A DNA stretch of 57,211 bases from Alphaproteobacteria bacterium (GCA_045611665.1 JAZKXP010000068.1:1-57211); one strand, 5' to 3'; positions 1 to 9,021 are shown, counted from the stretch's first letter. Program-made: numbers and translations. The notes: a model not told the origin generated them from the letters alone.

Positions 1-1
1 G

Positions 2-604
2 GATGCCGAATGTAATACAGGGTGGACCGGCACTTGTTCGTCATGTGATGCGAATTTAGGGTATTGTGTTGAAAAATATGATATGAATAATGCTGCTTGT
101 ACCTTATCTGACGGTACCACGGGTAAATGCGGAGCGGGCGAATGCTTGCCGACAGGCTGTACATACGATACCAACAAATGCGATGATAAAGAATATTGTG
201 CCAGTCCGAATAACAGTTGTACCGAAGCCTTCCAAAGTGGCGAAAGTGGGTCTTGTGTTTCATTTAACGCCCGTTTTTCACCGTTGACAATGGACGATGG
301 TACAACGTATTATGTTGCCAATGGCCCCTTGTCCTGGTGGGATGCGGATGCCGCGTGTAAATCTGTTAAAAAAGAGTTGTTGAGTGTATCTGACTTTGTC
401 ACAGAAACGTCTGGCACTCACAGCAAAACGGCTCTTGCCAATGAATTATATAGTAAAGGATGGAACAGTACAGGGCGTCCGTACATCTGGGCGGAAAAAT
501 TGGCAAATGATTCTTGCTACGCGTACCGCGTGGACCTGGTGGAGGGTGACGTCTACAACGACGATCGCAACACCACCGGCTACTTCTCCGCGGTCTGTAA
601 GTAG
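2..604 (+). CDS. Cys-rich surface protein with C-terminal C-type-lectin-like (CLec) domain; 5'-truncated by window edge; candidate DGR target
   Basis: Frame is open from nt 2 (DAECNTGWTGTCSSC...) into the 83..604 ORF. The C-terminus LSWWDADAAC...YIWAE...CYAYRVDL..GDVY...SAVCK has CLec-like motifs. The last 29 codons are NNC-rich. Confidence 0.75.
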   Translation, partial: DAECNTGWTGTCSSCDANLGYCVEKYDMNNAACTLSDGTTGKCGAGECLPTGCTYDTNKCDDKEYCASPNNSCTEAFQSGESGSCVSFNARFSPLTMDDGTTYYVANGPLSWWDADAACKSVKKELLSVSDFVTETSGTHSKTALANELYSKGWNSTGRPYIWAEKLANDSCYAYRVDLVEGDVYNDDRNTTGYFSAVCK

Positions 605-635
605 TTTTTCGGCTTTTTAATAGGGGGGACTTTTG

Positions 636-671
636 TCTATCGCCGATACTTCCTTCAGTGTCGGCGATAGA
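636..671. terminator. 15-bp stem / 6-nt loop hairpin (terminator and/or DGR target hairpin)
   Basis: TCTATCGCCGATACT-tccttc-AGTGTCGGCGATAGA, with one G-T pair; lies between the convergent ORF1 and tRNA-Thr. Confidence 0.6.
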
Positions 672-679
672 TGTATCTG

Positions 680-770
680 ATAAAGTAGTATAGATATAAA
701 AATGGTGCCGTTTAGAGGGACCGAACCCTCAGGCCCACGCATTACGAATGCGTTGCGTGGCAACGCCGGC
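680..770 (-). repeat. Degenerate tandem copy of tRNA-Thr 3' two-thirds plus 23-nt trailer (tRNA-like element)
   Basis: 680-756 is nearly identical to 771-846; it keeps the anticodon arm, a T-like hairpin and ACCA, but lacks the D-arm. Confidence 0.85.
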
Positions 771-793
771 ATAAAGTAGTATAGATACAAAAA

Positions 794-869
<76 letters not shown>

Positions 870-931
870 ACATGTGTTCTTTATACACGCTTTTTTTTAA
901 AAATGCAACATAAATTTTTATCCGTTATCTT

Positions 932-957
932 AAAAAAAAGACCCGCACAACGGCGGG
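932..957 (-). terminator. Intrinsic terminator of the small ORF 966-1139
   Basis: CCCGC-acaacg-GCGGG hairpin followed by a T-run on the minus strand. Confidence 0.6.
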
Positions 958-965
958 ATTTTAAC

Positions 966-1139
966 TTAGCGAGAACCCATTCCCGCATTTGGAATTATTT
1001 TTGTTTCACGTTGTGGTGTTGGCGCATTCAATTCTTGGATGGCGGCCGTTAACGTTGTTTGTTGAGGTTTTTCTTCATTGCGCTTAGGTGTCCCGCACGC
1101 AAAGGATATTCCCTCTTTAAAATCTGTACTTCCTGTCAT
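966..1139 (-). CDS. Small hypothetical protein, 57 aa (MTGSTDFKEGISFACGTPKRNEEKPQQ...GMGSR), below the ORF-track cutoff
   Basis: ATG with AGGAG RBS (1147-1151), a near-consensus promoter upstream and a terminator downstream. Confidence 0.65.
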   Translation of the reverse strand: MTGSTDFKEGISFACGTPKRNEEKPQQTTLTAAIQELNAPTPQRETKIIPNAGMGSR

Positions 1140-1183
1140 GGCTTTACTCCTTTCGTGAGTTTGTCAACATTTCTTATAATATA

Positions 1184-1212
1184 ATTCTAACAGATATTTC
1201 AAAAACTGTCAA
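1184..1212 (-). promoter_or_regulatory. Sigma70-type promoter TTGACA-17bp-TAGAAT with extended -10 TG
   Basis: Read directly on the minus strand upstream of 1139. Confidence 0.7.
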
Positions 1213-1264
1213 CCCCTAAAATAGTTTTTTGACACTTTTTTTGTCAACAAATGGTTAACGAGGT

Positions 1265-1846
1265 TTATTTGCTGACCACTACCATGGCTTCCCGTAAAAC
1301 ACGATCTCCGCCGATGGTGTATCCCGTCTGCATTTCTTGTACGATAACGCCGGCTTCGGTATCGGGAACTTCAATTTGACTGATAACTTGATGTAAGTTC
1401 GGATCAAATACTTTTCCTAACGAAATGATTTTTTCAATCCCTTGTTTTTTCAGGGCGTCTTCCAGTTGTTTTTGAACCATTTCAAGTCCCGTAATCATGT
1501 TACCCAAAAATGTTTGATCGGGGGATTTTTCTTTTTCTTTGCGGGCACACTCTAACGCATTTGATAAACAATCGGCTACCGGTAATAAATCTTTAGCGAA
1601 CTTTGAACAAGCGAATTTGAGATGATTTTCCATGTCAATAGCGGTGCGTTTACGCAAGTTTTCCATTTCTGCTTGCATCCGCATAGCTTTATCTTTCCAA
1701 GCGGCACATTCTTCCAATGATTTAATTAACTCGTCTTGAGGGGTATCGATTGGTTGAGATTGTTCATTTTTTGATGGTTTTTCAGGTGTTTTTTGTGTTT
1801 CGGTTGCTTTGGCTAAGTGTTCTTTGAGTGTGTTTTTTTTATTCAT
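1265..1846 (-). CDS. grpE: Nucleotide exchange factor GrpE
   Basis: AEMENLRKRT, FAKDLLPVAD, FDPNLHQ and GY..GDRVLREAMVVV motifs. Confidence 0.97.
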   Translation of the reverse strand: MNKKNTLKEHLAKATETQKTPEKPSKNEQSQPIDTPQDELIKSLEECAAWKDKAMRMQAEMENLRKRTAIDMENHLKFACSKFAKDLLPVADCLSNALECARKEKEKSPDQTFLGNMITGLEMVQKQLEDALKKQGIEKIISLGKVFDPNLHQVISQIEVPDTEAGVIVQEMQTGYTIGGDRVLREAMVVVSK

Positions 1847-1969
1847 TTTTTATCCTTTAATTGAAATCTGACTGACATAAATATAGATGTAGTTAATAAA
1901 AAAATCAAGTGTATTGATTTATGACGCAAAAAAAGGTATAAGTAATCGATAACAATGAAAGGATATGAA

Positions 1970-2686
1970 ATGACCAGACCATCTGACAGAATGAATGATG
2001 AACTCAGAAAAGTTGAAATTGAAATCAATGTCAATAAACATGCCGAAGGATCGTGTTCTATTAAATGTGGGGATACTCACGTTATTTGTTTGGCAACTAT
2101 CGAGGATAAAGTCCCTAAATGGATTAAAGACACCGGTGAAGGGTGGGTGACGGCAGAATACGGAATGTTGCCTCGTTCTACAGATATTCGTATGGATAGG
2201 GAATCCAAAAAAGGACAAGCCGGTCGCACTCATGAAATTCAACGCTTAATCGGTCGTGCGTTGCGAGGTGGTATGGATTTACGTGTTTTGGACGGTTTTC
2301 AAATTAAGATTGACTGTGATGTGATACAAGCCGATGGGGGGACTCGTACGGCTTCCATCACCGGTGGTTTTGTGGCGTTGTATTTAGCATGTCAAAAATT
2401 ATTGTCCGAAGGAAAAATCGCAAAAAATCCGGTTAAATCTTTTGTCGCTGCCGTTTCTTGCGGGGTTGTTCAAGGTGTTCCTGTGTTGGATTTGGATTAT
2501 GTAGAAGATTCCAATGCCGGGACAGATGCTAATTTCGTTATGGATGAAAAAGGAGGATTAATCGAAGTTCAGGCAACGGCTGAGCATGATACTTTTACCC
2601 GTCCAGAATTGTTGCAGTTGATGGATTTGGCTCAAAAAGGAATTTTTGAATTGATTGCTTTACAAAAAAAAGCATTAGGAATTTAA
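1970..2686 (+). CDS. rph: Ribonuclease PH
   Basis: [48 protein letters not shown]; start set at ATG 1970 after AAGGA. Confidence 0.97.
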   Translation: MTRPSDRMNDELRKVEIEINVNKHAEGSCSIKCGDTHVICLATIEDKVPKWIKDTGEGWVTAEYGMLPRSTDIRMDRESKKGQAGRTHEIQRLIGRALRGGMDLRVLDGFQIKIDCDVIQADGGTRTASITGGFVALYLACQKLLSEGKIAKNPVKSFVAAVSCGVVQGVPVLDLDYVEDSNAGTDANFVMDEKGGLIEVQATAEHDTFTRPELLQLMDLAQKGIFELIALQKKALGI

Positions 2687-2687
2687 T

Positions 2688-3275
2688 ATGAAAAAAATTA
2701 TTTTTGCAACACATAATGAACACAAATTATGGGAAGTGCGTTCCATTTTGGAACCTTTGGGATATAAGGTTTTAGGGGCCGGAGATTTGAATTTGCCCGA
2801 TGTGGAAGAAACGGGCAGTACATTTAAAGACAACACTTTGTTAAAGGCGTATGCCGGATATAAACATACGTCTGTACCGGTGTTGGCAGAAGATGCCGGA
2901 TTGTGTATTCATGGGTTGAATAACGAACCTGGTGTTTATACAAAGCGATATGCCGAACAAAACGGAGGATTTCCCAAGGTGTTTGAGGTGTTGGCAGACC
3001 GGATGAAAGACGTTCAAGATAAAACCGCTCATTTTAATTGTACGATGGCATTGGTTGTTGATGAAATGCAAGCCGAAGTGTTTGAGGGTATTATGGAGGG
3101 GATTATTGTTCCTGAGCCTCGGGGGCAAAACGGTTTTGGATATGATCCTGTCTTTGTGCCAAATGGATACGATAAAACGGTGGCCGAGTTGAGTGATGAT
3201 GAAAAAAATACTATTTCTCATCGGGCATTGGCATTACAAAAAGTAGCCACTTTTTTGGAAAACAACAAATTATAA
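2688..3275 (+). CDS. rdgB: dITP/XTP pyrophosphatase (HAM1 family)
   Basis: FATHNEHK, VEETG.TF, GFGYDPVF, KNTISHR; operonic with rph. Confidence 0.95.
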   Translation: MKKIIFATHNEHKLWEVRSILEPLGYKVLGAGDLNLPDVEETGSTFKDNTLLKAYAGYKHTSVPVLAEDAGLCIHGLNNEPGVYTKRYAEQNGGFPKVFEVLADRMKDVQDKTAHFNCTMALVVDEMQAEVFEGIMEGIIVPEPRGQNGFGYDPVFVPNGYDKTVAELSDDEKNTISHRALALQKVATFLENNKL

Positions 3276-3291
3276 AAAATTTTGAATTTAA

Positions 3292-3918
3292 ATGAAAACA
3301 AAGATATCTCTTGTAGTTTTTTTGATTGCATTTGTTCTTGTGTTTTGTGGCTATTTATATGTACATGAAAAAGAAAATGCCGATTATCTCCATTTAAATG
3401 CCGTAACAATTGATCCGCGTGACGGACATTTTGTTGTATCGTCTGCTTCTGCCTACAATCTTTTTAAACTCCATCGCAAGACCGGAGACCTTTTGTGGGT
3501 GTTGGGCGGTAAGAAAAATGACTTTAAGATGAACCACGATGATTTATTTGTGCGGCAGCATCATCCGCAAATCACCTCCGATGGTCAAATGTTGTTATTT
3601 GATAATGGGGTTTCCAGTTTAGATGAAGAAACAAGGGAGGTTTTTAATGTACCATCTCGTTTCGCTCGCATTATGTTATTTGATTTGGACGAGAAAAATA
3701 AAACCGTTGGGAAAGTAAGTGTAAAAGATTTGGGATTTTGGGTACCCTATATGGGGAGCGTACAACTGTTTAAAAATGGTGACTTGTTTGTCGGATGCGG
3801 TAGTTCCGATATTTGTTCGGCTAGATTATATAATAAAAAGATGGCGATTTTGTGGACCTTAATAGCAGAAGCTCCTTATAAAATGTATCGAGCCTATTTG
3901 GTTGATAAAATAGATTAG
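3292..3918 (+). CDS. Membrane-anchored C-terminal half of an arylsulfotransferase (ASST)-like beta-propeller
   Basis: N-terminal TM, then DYLHLNAV, TGDLLWVLGGK, FVRQHH, LLFDNG, YMGSVQ and YRAY; only 208 aa. Confidence 0.7.
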   Translation: MKTKISLVVFLIAFVLVFCGYLYVHEKENADYLHLNAVTIDPRDGHFVVSSASAYNLFKLHRKTGDLLWVLGGKKNDFKMNHDDLFVRQHHPQITSDGQMLLFDNGVSSLDEETREVFNVPSRFARIMLFDLDEKNKTVGKVSVKDLGFWVPYMGSVQLFKNGDLFVGCGSSDICSARLYNKKMAILWTLIAEAPYKMYRAYLVDKID

Positions 3919-3919
3919 C

Positions 3920-5152
3920 TTAATCGGTTTGTTCTGCAAAATATTTATTAACGGCTCGCACTAAAGCGCGGGCCAATTTTCGTCTATATGATTTCTTTTG
4001 CAATAATTTGTCTTCACGTGGATTGGATAAGTATCCCAACTCCAACAAAACAGATGGAATATTCGTCGATTTTAATACGGCAAATCCGGCAAAGCGATGT
4101 GCGTTTGGTAAAAGGGTTGTTTCTTGTTTCATTTCCTTGACCAACTGTTTGGCATAGGTGGCGGATTTGTTCATGGTGTCAATTTTGGCTAAATCAATTA
4201 AAATATTACTGACATCCGGATTGTAATCACTTAAATCCAATCCCAACAAAATATCGGCTTTGTTTTCTCGTTCGGCAAGTGCAGCCGCCTCTTTGTCGGA
4301 GGCTCGTTCGGAAATGGTGTAAACAGACAATCCGCGTGCCGATTTATTTTTAGCACTGTCTGCATGAATGGAAATAAATAAATCTCCGTCCGCTTCGTGA
4401 GCAATTTGATATCGCCGACGTAAGGGGATGGCTTTATCCGTGCTGCGCGTTAAAACAACCGTGTAGCCGGCATCTTCCAAATACTCACGTGTTTCTTTTG
4501 CCATGGCTAATGTGATGTGTTTTTCGTATTTACCCGAACGAGAAATGGCACCGGGGTCTTTTCCGCCGTGTCCGGGGTCCAGAACAACAATCTTTTTTGT
4601 TTTTTTCTTTAAAACCGTTGTTGCGGAGGGTGTCTGTATTTTTTGTGTAGAGGAGTGAGGTTTTAATGTGTTGATTTTGGGTTTTGGTGTGGGAGCTGGT
4701 GTTTTTTGGGCAGCACCAGAGTTTTTTTTGTTATTTTCGGATGTGGTTTTTGTTGTGTCTGTAATATCCATGACAAACCGCCATCCCGTTTTTTGGGATG
4801 GTTTTAAAGAAAAATGATTTTCCGACGTTTGGTTCTTGGGAATTTCTAAGACTAGGCGGGCTGTTTGTTTGTCCGGAACGCCTCGTCTGAGAGACTTGAC
4901 AAAATCTACTGCCGGAACTTTTGACGGAGCAGATTTGGAAAAGTAGGTGTTTTTGAAATCAATGACCAGTCGGTTTGGATTGGATAGGGTAAAAATTTTT
5001 GTGTCCGGTTTTGCATCTGTTTCTACAACCAGTCTGAGTACATTCGGTTGGTATTTCGCCAAGCGGATGTTTTTAATTTGAGCGGCGGAAACCTGTACCG
5101 TACCCAAAAGACAGTATAAAATCAAACAGGCAAAAGCACATATTTTTCTCAT
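3920..5152 (-). CDS. amiC: N-acetylmuramoyl-L-alanine amidase (AMIN + Amidase_3)
   Basis: Signal peptide from MRKIC; RLVIDF AMIN motif; LDPGHGGKDPGA, FISIHAD, SVLLELGYLSN; divergent from rne. Confidence 0.92.
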   Translation of the reverse strand: MRKICAFACLILYCLLGTVQVSAAQIKNIRLAKYQPNVLRLVVETDAKPDTKIFTLSNPNRLVIDFKNTYFSKSAPSKVPAVDFVKSLRRGVPDKQTARLVLEIPKNQTSENHFSLKPSQKTGWRFVMDITDTTKTTSENNKKNSGAAQKTPAPTPKPKINTLKPHSSTQKIQTPSATTVLKKKTKKIVVLDPGHGGKDPGAISRSGKYEKHITLAMAKETREYLEDAGYTVVLTRSTDKAIPLRRRYQIAHEADGDLFISIHADSAKNKSARGLSVYTISERASDKEAAALAERENKADILLGLDLSDYNPDVSNILIDLAKIDTMNKSATYAKQLVKEMKQETTLLPNAHRFAGFAVLKSTNIPSVLLELGYLSNPREDKLLQKKSYRRKLARALVRAVNKYFAEQTD

Positions 5153-5430
5153 CAGATAAAAAATTCCGCTCTTGGTGAATAAAAAACTTGTCTTTTTATT
5201 CATATACCGATATAATGAAAAATGCAATAGAAAAGTCACACATTCGGTTTTGTTAACTCTTGTGTCTTATTGCCCCAAAAATTTTTTTCAATCCGTGAAG
5301 GAAGAACCATGAAAAACAAAACGATTCTTTTATTTGGTGTCCCTTTGGCATGTGAAATGTCTGCCGGATTGATATGTGTAATGTTTTGGCGGTCTTTATA
5401 TGACTGCTCAACCTATGTATTGGAGAAATT

Positions 5431-7746
5431 ATGTCAAAGAAAATGCTTATTGATGCAACGCATGAGGAACAGACCCGCGTTGTGGTATTGGATAACGGAA
5501 GAGTGGAAGAATTAGATGTAGATACGTCCACTAAAAAACAAATTAAAGGAAATATTTATTTAGCTAAAATTGTGCGGGTTGAACCGTCGTTACAGGCTGC
5601 CTTTGTTGATTATGGCGGTAATAAACACGGCTTTTTGGCGTTCAGTGAAATTCATCCCGATTATTATCAAATCCCGACTGCGGATAAAGAAGCTTTAAAG
5701 GAACAAATGATGGAACGGATTGAGGAAGACCATCGTGAAGATGTGGCTTCTGAAGATGTTGATAATCAAGAGGTGGAAATTATCAGTGAAACCGATGCCG
5801 ATGAAACACGAGTGCACCGCCCATCCTTTTTTAAAAAATATAAAATTCAAGAAGTCATTCGCCAAGGTCAGGTGATGTTGGTTCAAGTGATTAAAGAAGA
5901 ACGTGGAAATAAGGGGGCTGCGCTTACAACGTATTTGTCTTTGGCCGGTCGGTTTAGTGTGTTGATGCCGAATAACGGAAAAGGTGGTGGCGTCTCTCGA
6001 AAAATCACAAATGCAAAAGAACGCAAATCTTTACGCACCATTGTGGATAAATTACCGATACCGGTGGGGATGAGTGTTATTATTCGTACGGCGGGTGCCG
6101 GTAAAACCAAAACGGAAATTAAACGTGATTTTGATTATTTAATTAAAACATGGATGAAAATTCGTGAAGAAACGTTGGAATCTTTGGCACCAAAATTAAT
6201 ACATCAGGAAGGGGATATTATTAAACGATCCTTGCGAGATGTTTTTACGGCGGATATCGAAGAGATTTGGATTGAAGGCGATACCGTATTTAAATCCACA
6301 AAGGCGTTTATGAAAACGTTGATGCCGAATCAAGCTAAAAAAATTAAACAATATAAAGGGGCCGAATCTTTATTCCAAGCTTATCAAGTTGAAAATCAGC
6401 TTGAAACAGTTCACAGTAATATCGTTCAACTGAAATCCGGCGGGTATTTAGTTATTGACCAAACAGAGGCTTTGGTGGCTGTAGATGTCAACTCCGGTCG
6501 TTCCACGAAGGAAAGAGATATTGAAGAAACAGCACTCAGAACCAATTTGGAAACATGTGATGAGCTTGCCCGTCAGCTAAAATTACGTGATTTAGCCGGG
6601 TTGATTGTGATTGACTTTATTGATATGGATGAACCGAAAAACAATGCCGCTGTTGAACGGCGTTTGAAAGAGGCCCTTAAAAAAGACAGAGCTCGTATTC
6701 AAGTCGGTAAAATTTCCGGATTTGGGTTGATGGAAATGTCGCGTCAACGGCTCCATTCCAGCTTTTTGGAAAGCTCATATAAAACATGCCCTCACTGTGG
6801 GGGGAAAGGTGTCGTGCGGTTGGTGGAATCTTGTGCAACACGAACAATGTCATTGTTGGAAGAAGCAGCCAGTCGCTTTGCCGGTCAAACAGTGATTATG
6901 ACCGTTTTGCCGGAAGTGGCCGAATATGTTTTGAATCATAAACGAACAAATTTAACGACATTGGAACAAAAATATGATGTTCAAATTCAAATCCATGCCG
7001 ATGCTTCGTTAGATAAAAATTCCGATTATCGTTTGGAACGTGTGCGCCATAATGGCGATAAGGTTTGTATTCAATTGCAACAACCACAACCACAACGTCC
7101 GGAACGCGCTAAGCCATCACCACGTAAAGAAGAAAAACAAGAGGTCGTGGTCGATAAAATAACGCCTGAAACAGAAGAAACTCAAGGGGAAAATGTTGAA
7201 AAAATCAGTGCTAAAACAGCCAGAAATCGTCGGCGCCGTGAATGGAAACGTAAAAAACACGCCGAACGGTTAGCCAGACAACAAGCCCGTCGTGAAGCAG
7301 AGGCTTTGGCAGCGATGGCAGCAGAGGGAGGCGATATGTCTCAGGCTGTTGTTGTGGTTGAAGACCATTTGCCTGTGGCGTTTGATGAAGACCATAAAGC
7401 TGTTGCCGTTTTAGGTGGAGAAGAACACTTTACCGTTGTAGAACAAGGACGGTTAGAGGCTGATGAAATACAGCCAACAGAACCTAAACGTCGGGGGCGT
7501 AGTAAAAAGAATCAACCAGTTGAGGTAACTTTGGAGGAAACGCCGAAACAAAAACAAGGTAAAGGCCATTTCCGTAATCGCAGACGTAAAAATATCGAGA
7601 CAGAAGCGGCAAATGATGTGATGCAAATGCCGGCCGCTGCCGAAGAGGTTCAACCTTCAGAGCCGGTTGTTGCCGATATGTCGGCAGCCGAAACAGCGAC
7701 ACCTAAAAATCGTCGAGGCGGTTGGTGGAATAGACTTGTCAAATAA
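5431..7746 (+). CDS. rne: Ribonuclease E
   Basis: GNIYLAKIVRVEPSLQAAFVDYG, DVNSG, GLIVIDFIDM, CPHC Zn-link, disordered Arg-rich C-terminus ending RRGGWWNR. Confidence 0.97.
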   Translation: MSKKMLIDATHEEQTRVVVLDNGRVEELDVDTSTKKQIKGNIYLAKIVRVEPSLQAAFVDYGGNKHGFLAFSEIHPDYYQIPTADKEALKEQMMERIEEDHREDVASEDVDNQEVEIISETDADETRVHRPSFFKKYKIQEVIRQGQVMLVQVIKEERGNKGAALTTYLSLAGRFSVLMPNNGKGGGVSRKITNAKERKSLRTIVDKLPIPVGMSVIIRTAGAGKTKTEIKRDFDYLIKTWMKIREETLESLAPKLIHQEGDIIKRSLRDVFTADIEEIWIEGDTVFKSTKAFMKTLMPNQAKKIKQYKGAESLFQAYQVENQLETVHSNIVQLKSGGYLVIDQTEALVAVDVNSGRSTKERDIEETALRTNLETCDELARQLKLRDLAGLIVIDFIDMDEPKNNAAVERRLKEALKKDRARIQVGKISGFGLMEMSRQRLHSSFLESSYKTCPHCGGKGVVRLVESCATRTMSLLEEAASRFAGQTVIMTVLPEVAEYVLNHKRTNLTTLEQKYDVQIQIHADASLDKNSDYRLERVRHNGDKVCIQLQQPQPQRPERAKPSPRKEEKQEVVVDKITPETEETQGENVEKISAKTARNRRRREWKRKKHAERLARQQARREAEALAAMAAEGGDMSQAVVVVEDHLPVAFDEDHKAVAVLGGEEHFTVVEQGRLEADEIQPTEPKRRGRSKKNQPVEVTLEETPKQKQGKGHFRNRRRKNIETEAANDVMQMPAAAEEVQPSEPVVADMSAAETATPKNRRGGWWNRLVK

Positions 7747-7754
7747 GAAAAAAT

Positions 7755-7780
7755 GTGGTAAGAGTTTTCTTACCACTTTT
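7755..7780 (+). terminator. Hairpin after rne
   Basis: GTGGTAAGA-gttt-TCTTACCAC followed by TTTT. Confidence 0.6.
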
Positions 7781-7855
7781 GACCCTATCATCTAGCGGTT
7801 AGGATACAGCCCTCTCAAGGCTGGTACACGGGTTCGATTCCCGTTAGGGTCGCCA
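7781..7855 (+). tRNA. tRNA-Glu(CUC)
   Basis: GACCCTA acceptor strand, CAGCC-CT-CTC-AA-GGCTG anticodon arm, GGTTCGATTCC, ends GCCA. Confidence 0.96.
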
Positions 7856-8070
7856 CTTAATCCCTGACGTGTGTCGGGGATTTTTCCTAACGGTCATCTC
7901 ACCCTACGGGTTCCAATTCCGACTATATTTCAATCTACGGACGGCGGGGCATCCTTGATTTCAATCAGTCTCATTGACTTCATTCAAGAAACTGTCCACC
8001 GGACACTTTCTTTTCATTCGTTCCGACGTTAGGGTCGCCACTTAATCCCTGACGTGTGTCGGGGATTAAG
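7842..8070 (+). repeat. 41-bp direct repeat (tRNA-Glu 3' end plus terminator hairpin) enclosing a structured 144-bp spacer
   Basis: 7842-7882 equals 8027-8067 (CGTTAGGGTCGCCACTTAATCCCTGACGTGTGTCGGGGATT); the spacer holds the hairpin AAGAAACTGTCC-ACC-GGACACTTTCTT. Confidence 0.9.
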
Positions 8071-8145
8071 TATTGTGTTCTGTATTTAACTGTGTTAAAA
8101 TCTTTTGCAAGAGGGTAAACGAGGCTTTCTAGGGGATATGTCTGC

Positions 8146-9021
8146 ATGTTAATTAAAGAATTTTATGGTTATATCAAAAAAAAATTGCATTCTCGTCGGC
8201 GTCAAATTGGAAAAAGTTTGTTTTATGAGGCTTTAACAAAACGAAAGGGATTGGAACAAAAAGAAACATCGCTTAAGGTTTTGGCTTTGGGATCGTCACA
8301 ATGTGCGCGTGGATTTTATGCCGACTTAATCCCTGATGCTTATAATTTAGGTAACTCCAGTCAAGATTTATATACCTCCTATTACCTGTTAAAAAAATAT
8401 TTACAAAAATTAGAAAATTTAGAACACGTTATTTTGTTTTATGCGGTATTTTCTCCTGGGTATGAACTGGCAAAAACAACCCAGATGAAACAAGTGGCTG
8501 TTAATCATTATGTTTTTGATATTCCATACTTAGTTCACGATTTGGCTTCATGGGCTAAATCAGTTAATCGTCGGTTGAAAAAATTTGATGATACACGGAT
8601 TGATTATAAAAAGTATTGTGGTTTTCTTCCTGGGGATACAGCTAATCCGATGCCATTGGTAGAAAGATGTACAAAGCATATTCGTGAAAATCAACGGCCA
8701 ACTCGTCAAACACAATATATAGAAATGATGGCTGAGTTACTTAAAACAAGAAATATTCAGTTTAGTATTGTTGTTTGTCCTTGTAGAAATGATTATACAA
8801 AATTCATTTTAAACAAGGTGTCTGATCCTTTTATAGAGCTAAAAAATTTCTTGCAAAACACTGATGATAGCGCAGTGTGTTTTTTAGACTGGACCGTTTG
8901 GAAAGATTTTGAAGATGCGGATTTTGCAGATATAGATCATTTAAATTCGCGCGGAGCCAAAAAATTTACATTGCAATTAGCACAAAAATTACAGTTGCCG
9001 ATACAAATAGAGAATGGATAA
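8146..9021 (+). CDS. SGNH-hydrolase-like (DUF1574/DltD-like) protein
   Basis: LALGSS, YNLGNSSQ and FADIDHLNSRGA motifs. Confidence 0.6.
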   Translation: MLIKEFYGYIKKKLHSRRRQIGKSLFYEALTKRKGLEQKETSLKVLALGSSQCARGFYADLIPDAYNLGNSSQDLYTSYYLLKKYLQKLENLEHVILFYAVFSPGYELAKTTQMKQVAVNHYVFDIPYLVHDLASWAKSVNRRLKKFDDTRIDYKKYCGFLPGDTANPMPLVERCTKHIRENQRPTRQTQYIEMMAELLKTRNIQFSIVVCPCRNDYTKFILNKVSDPFIELKNFLQNTDDSAVCFLDWTVWKDFEDADFADIDHLNSRGAKKFTLQLAQKLQLPIQIENG

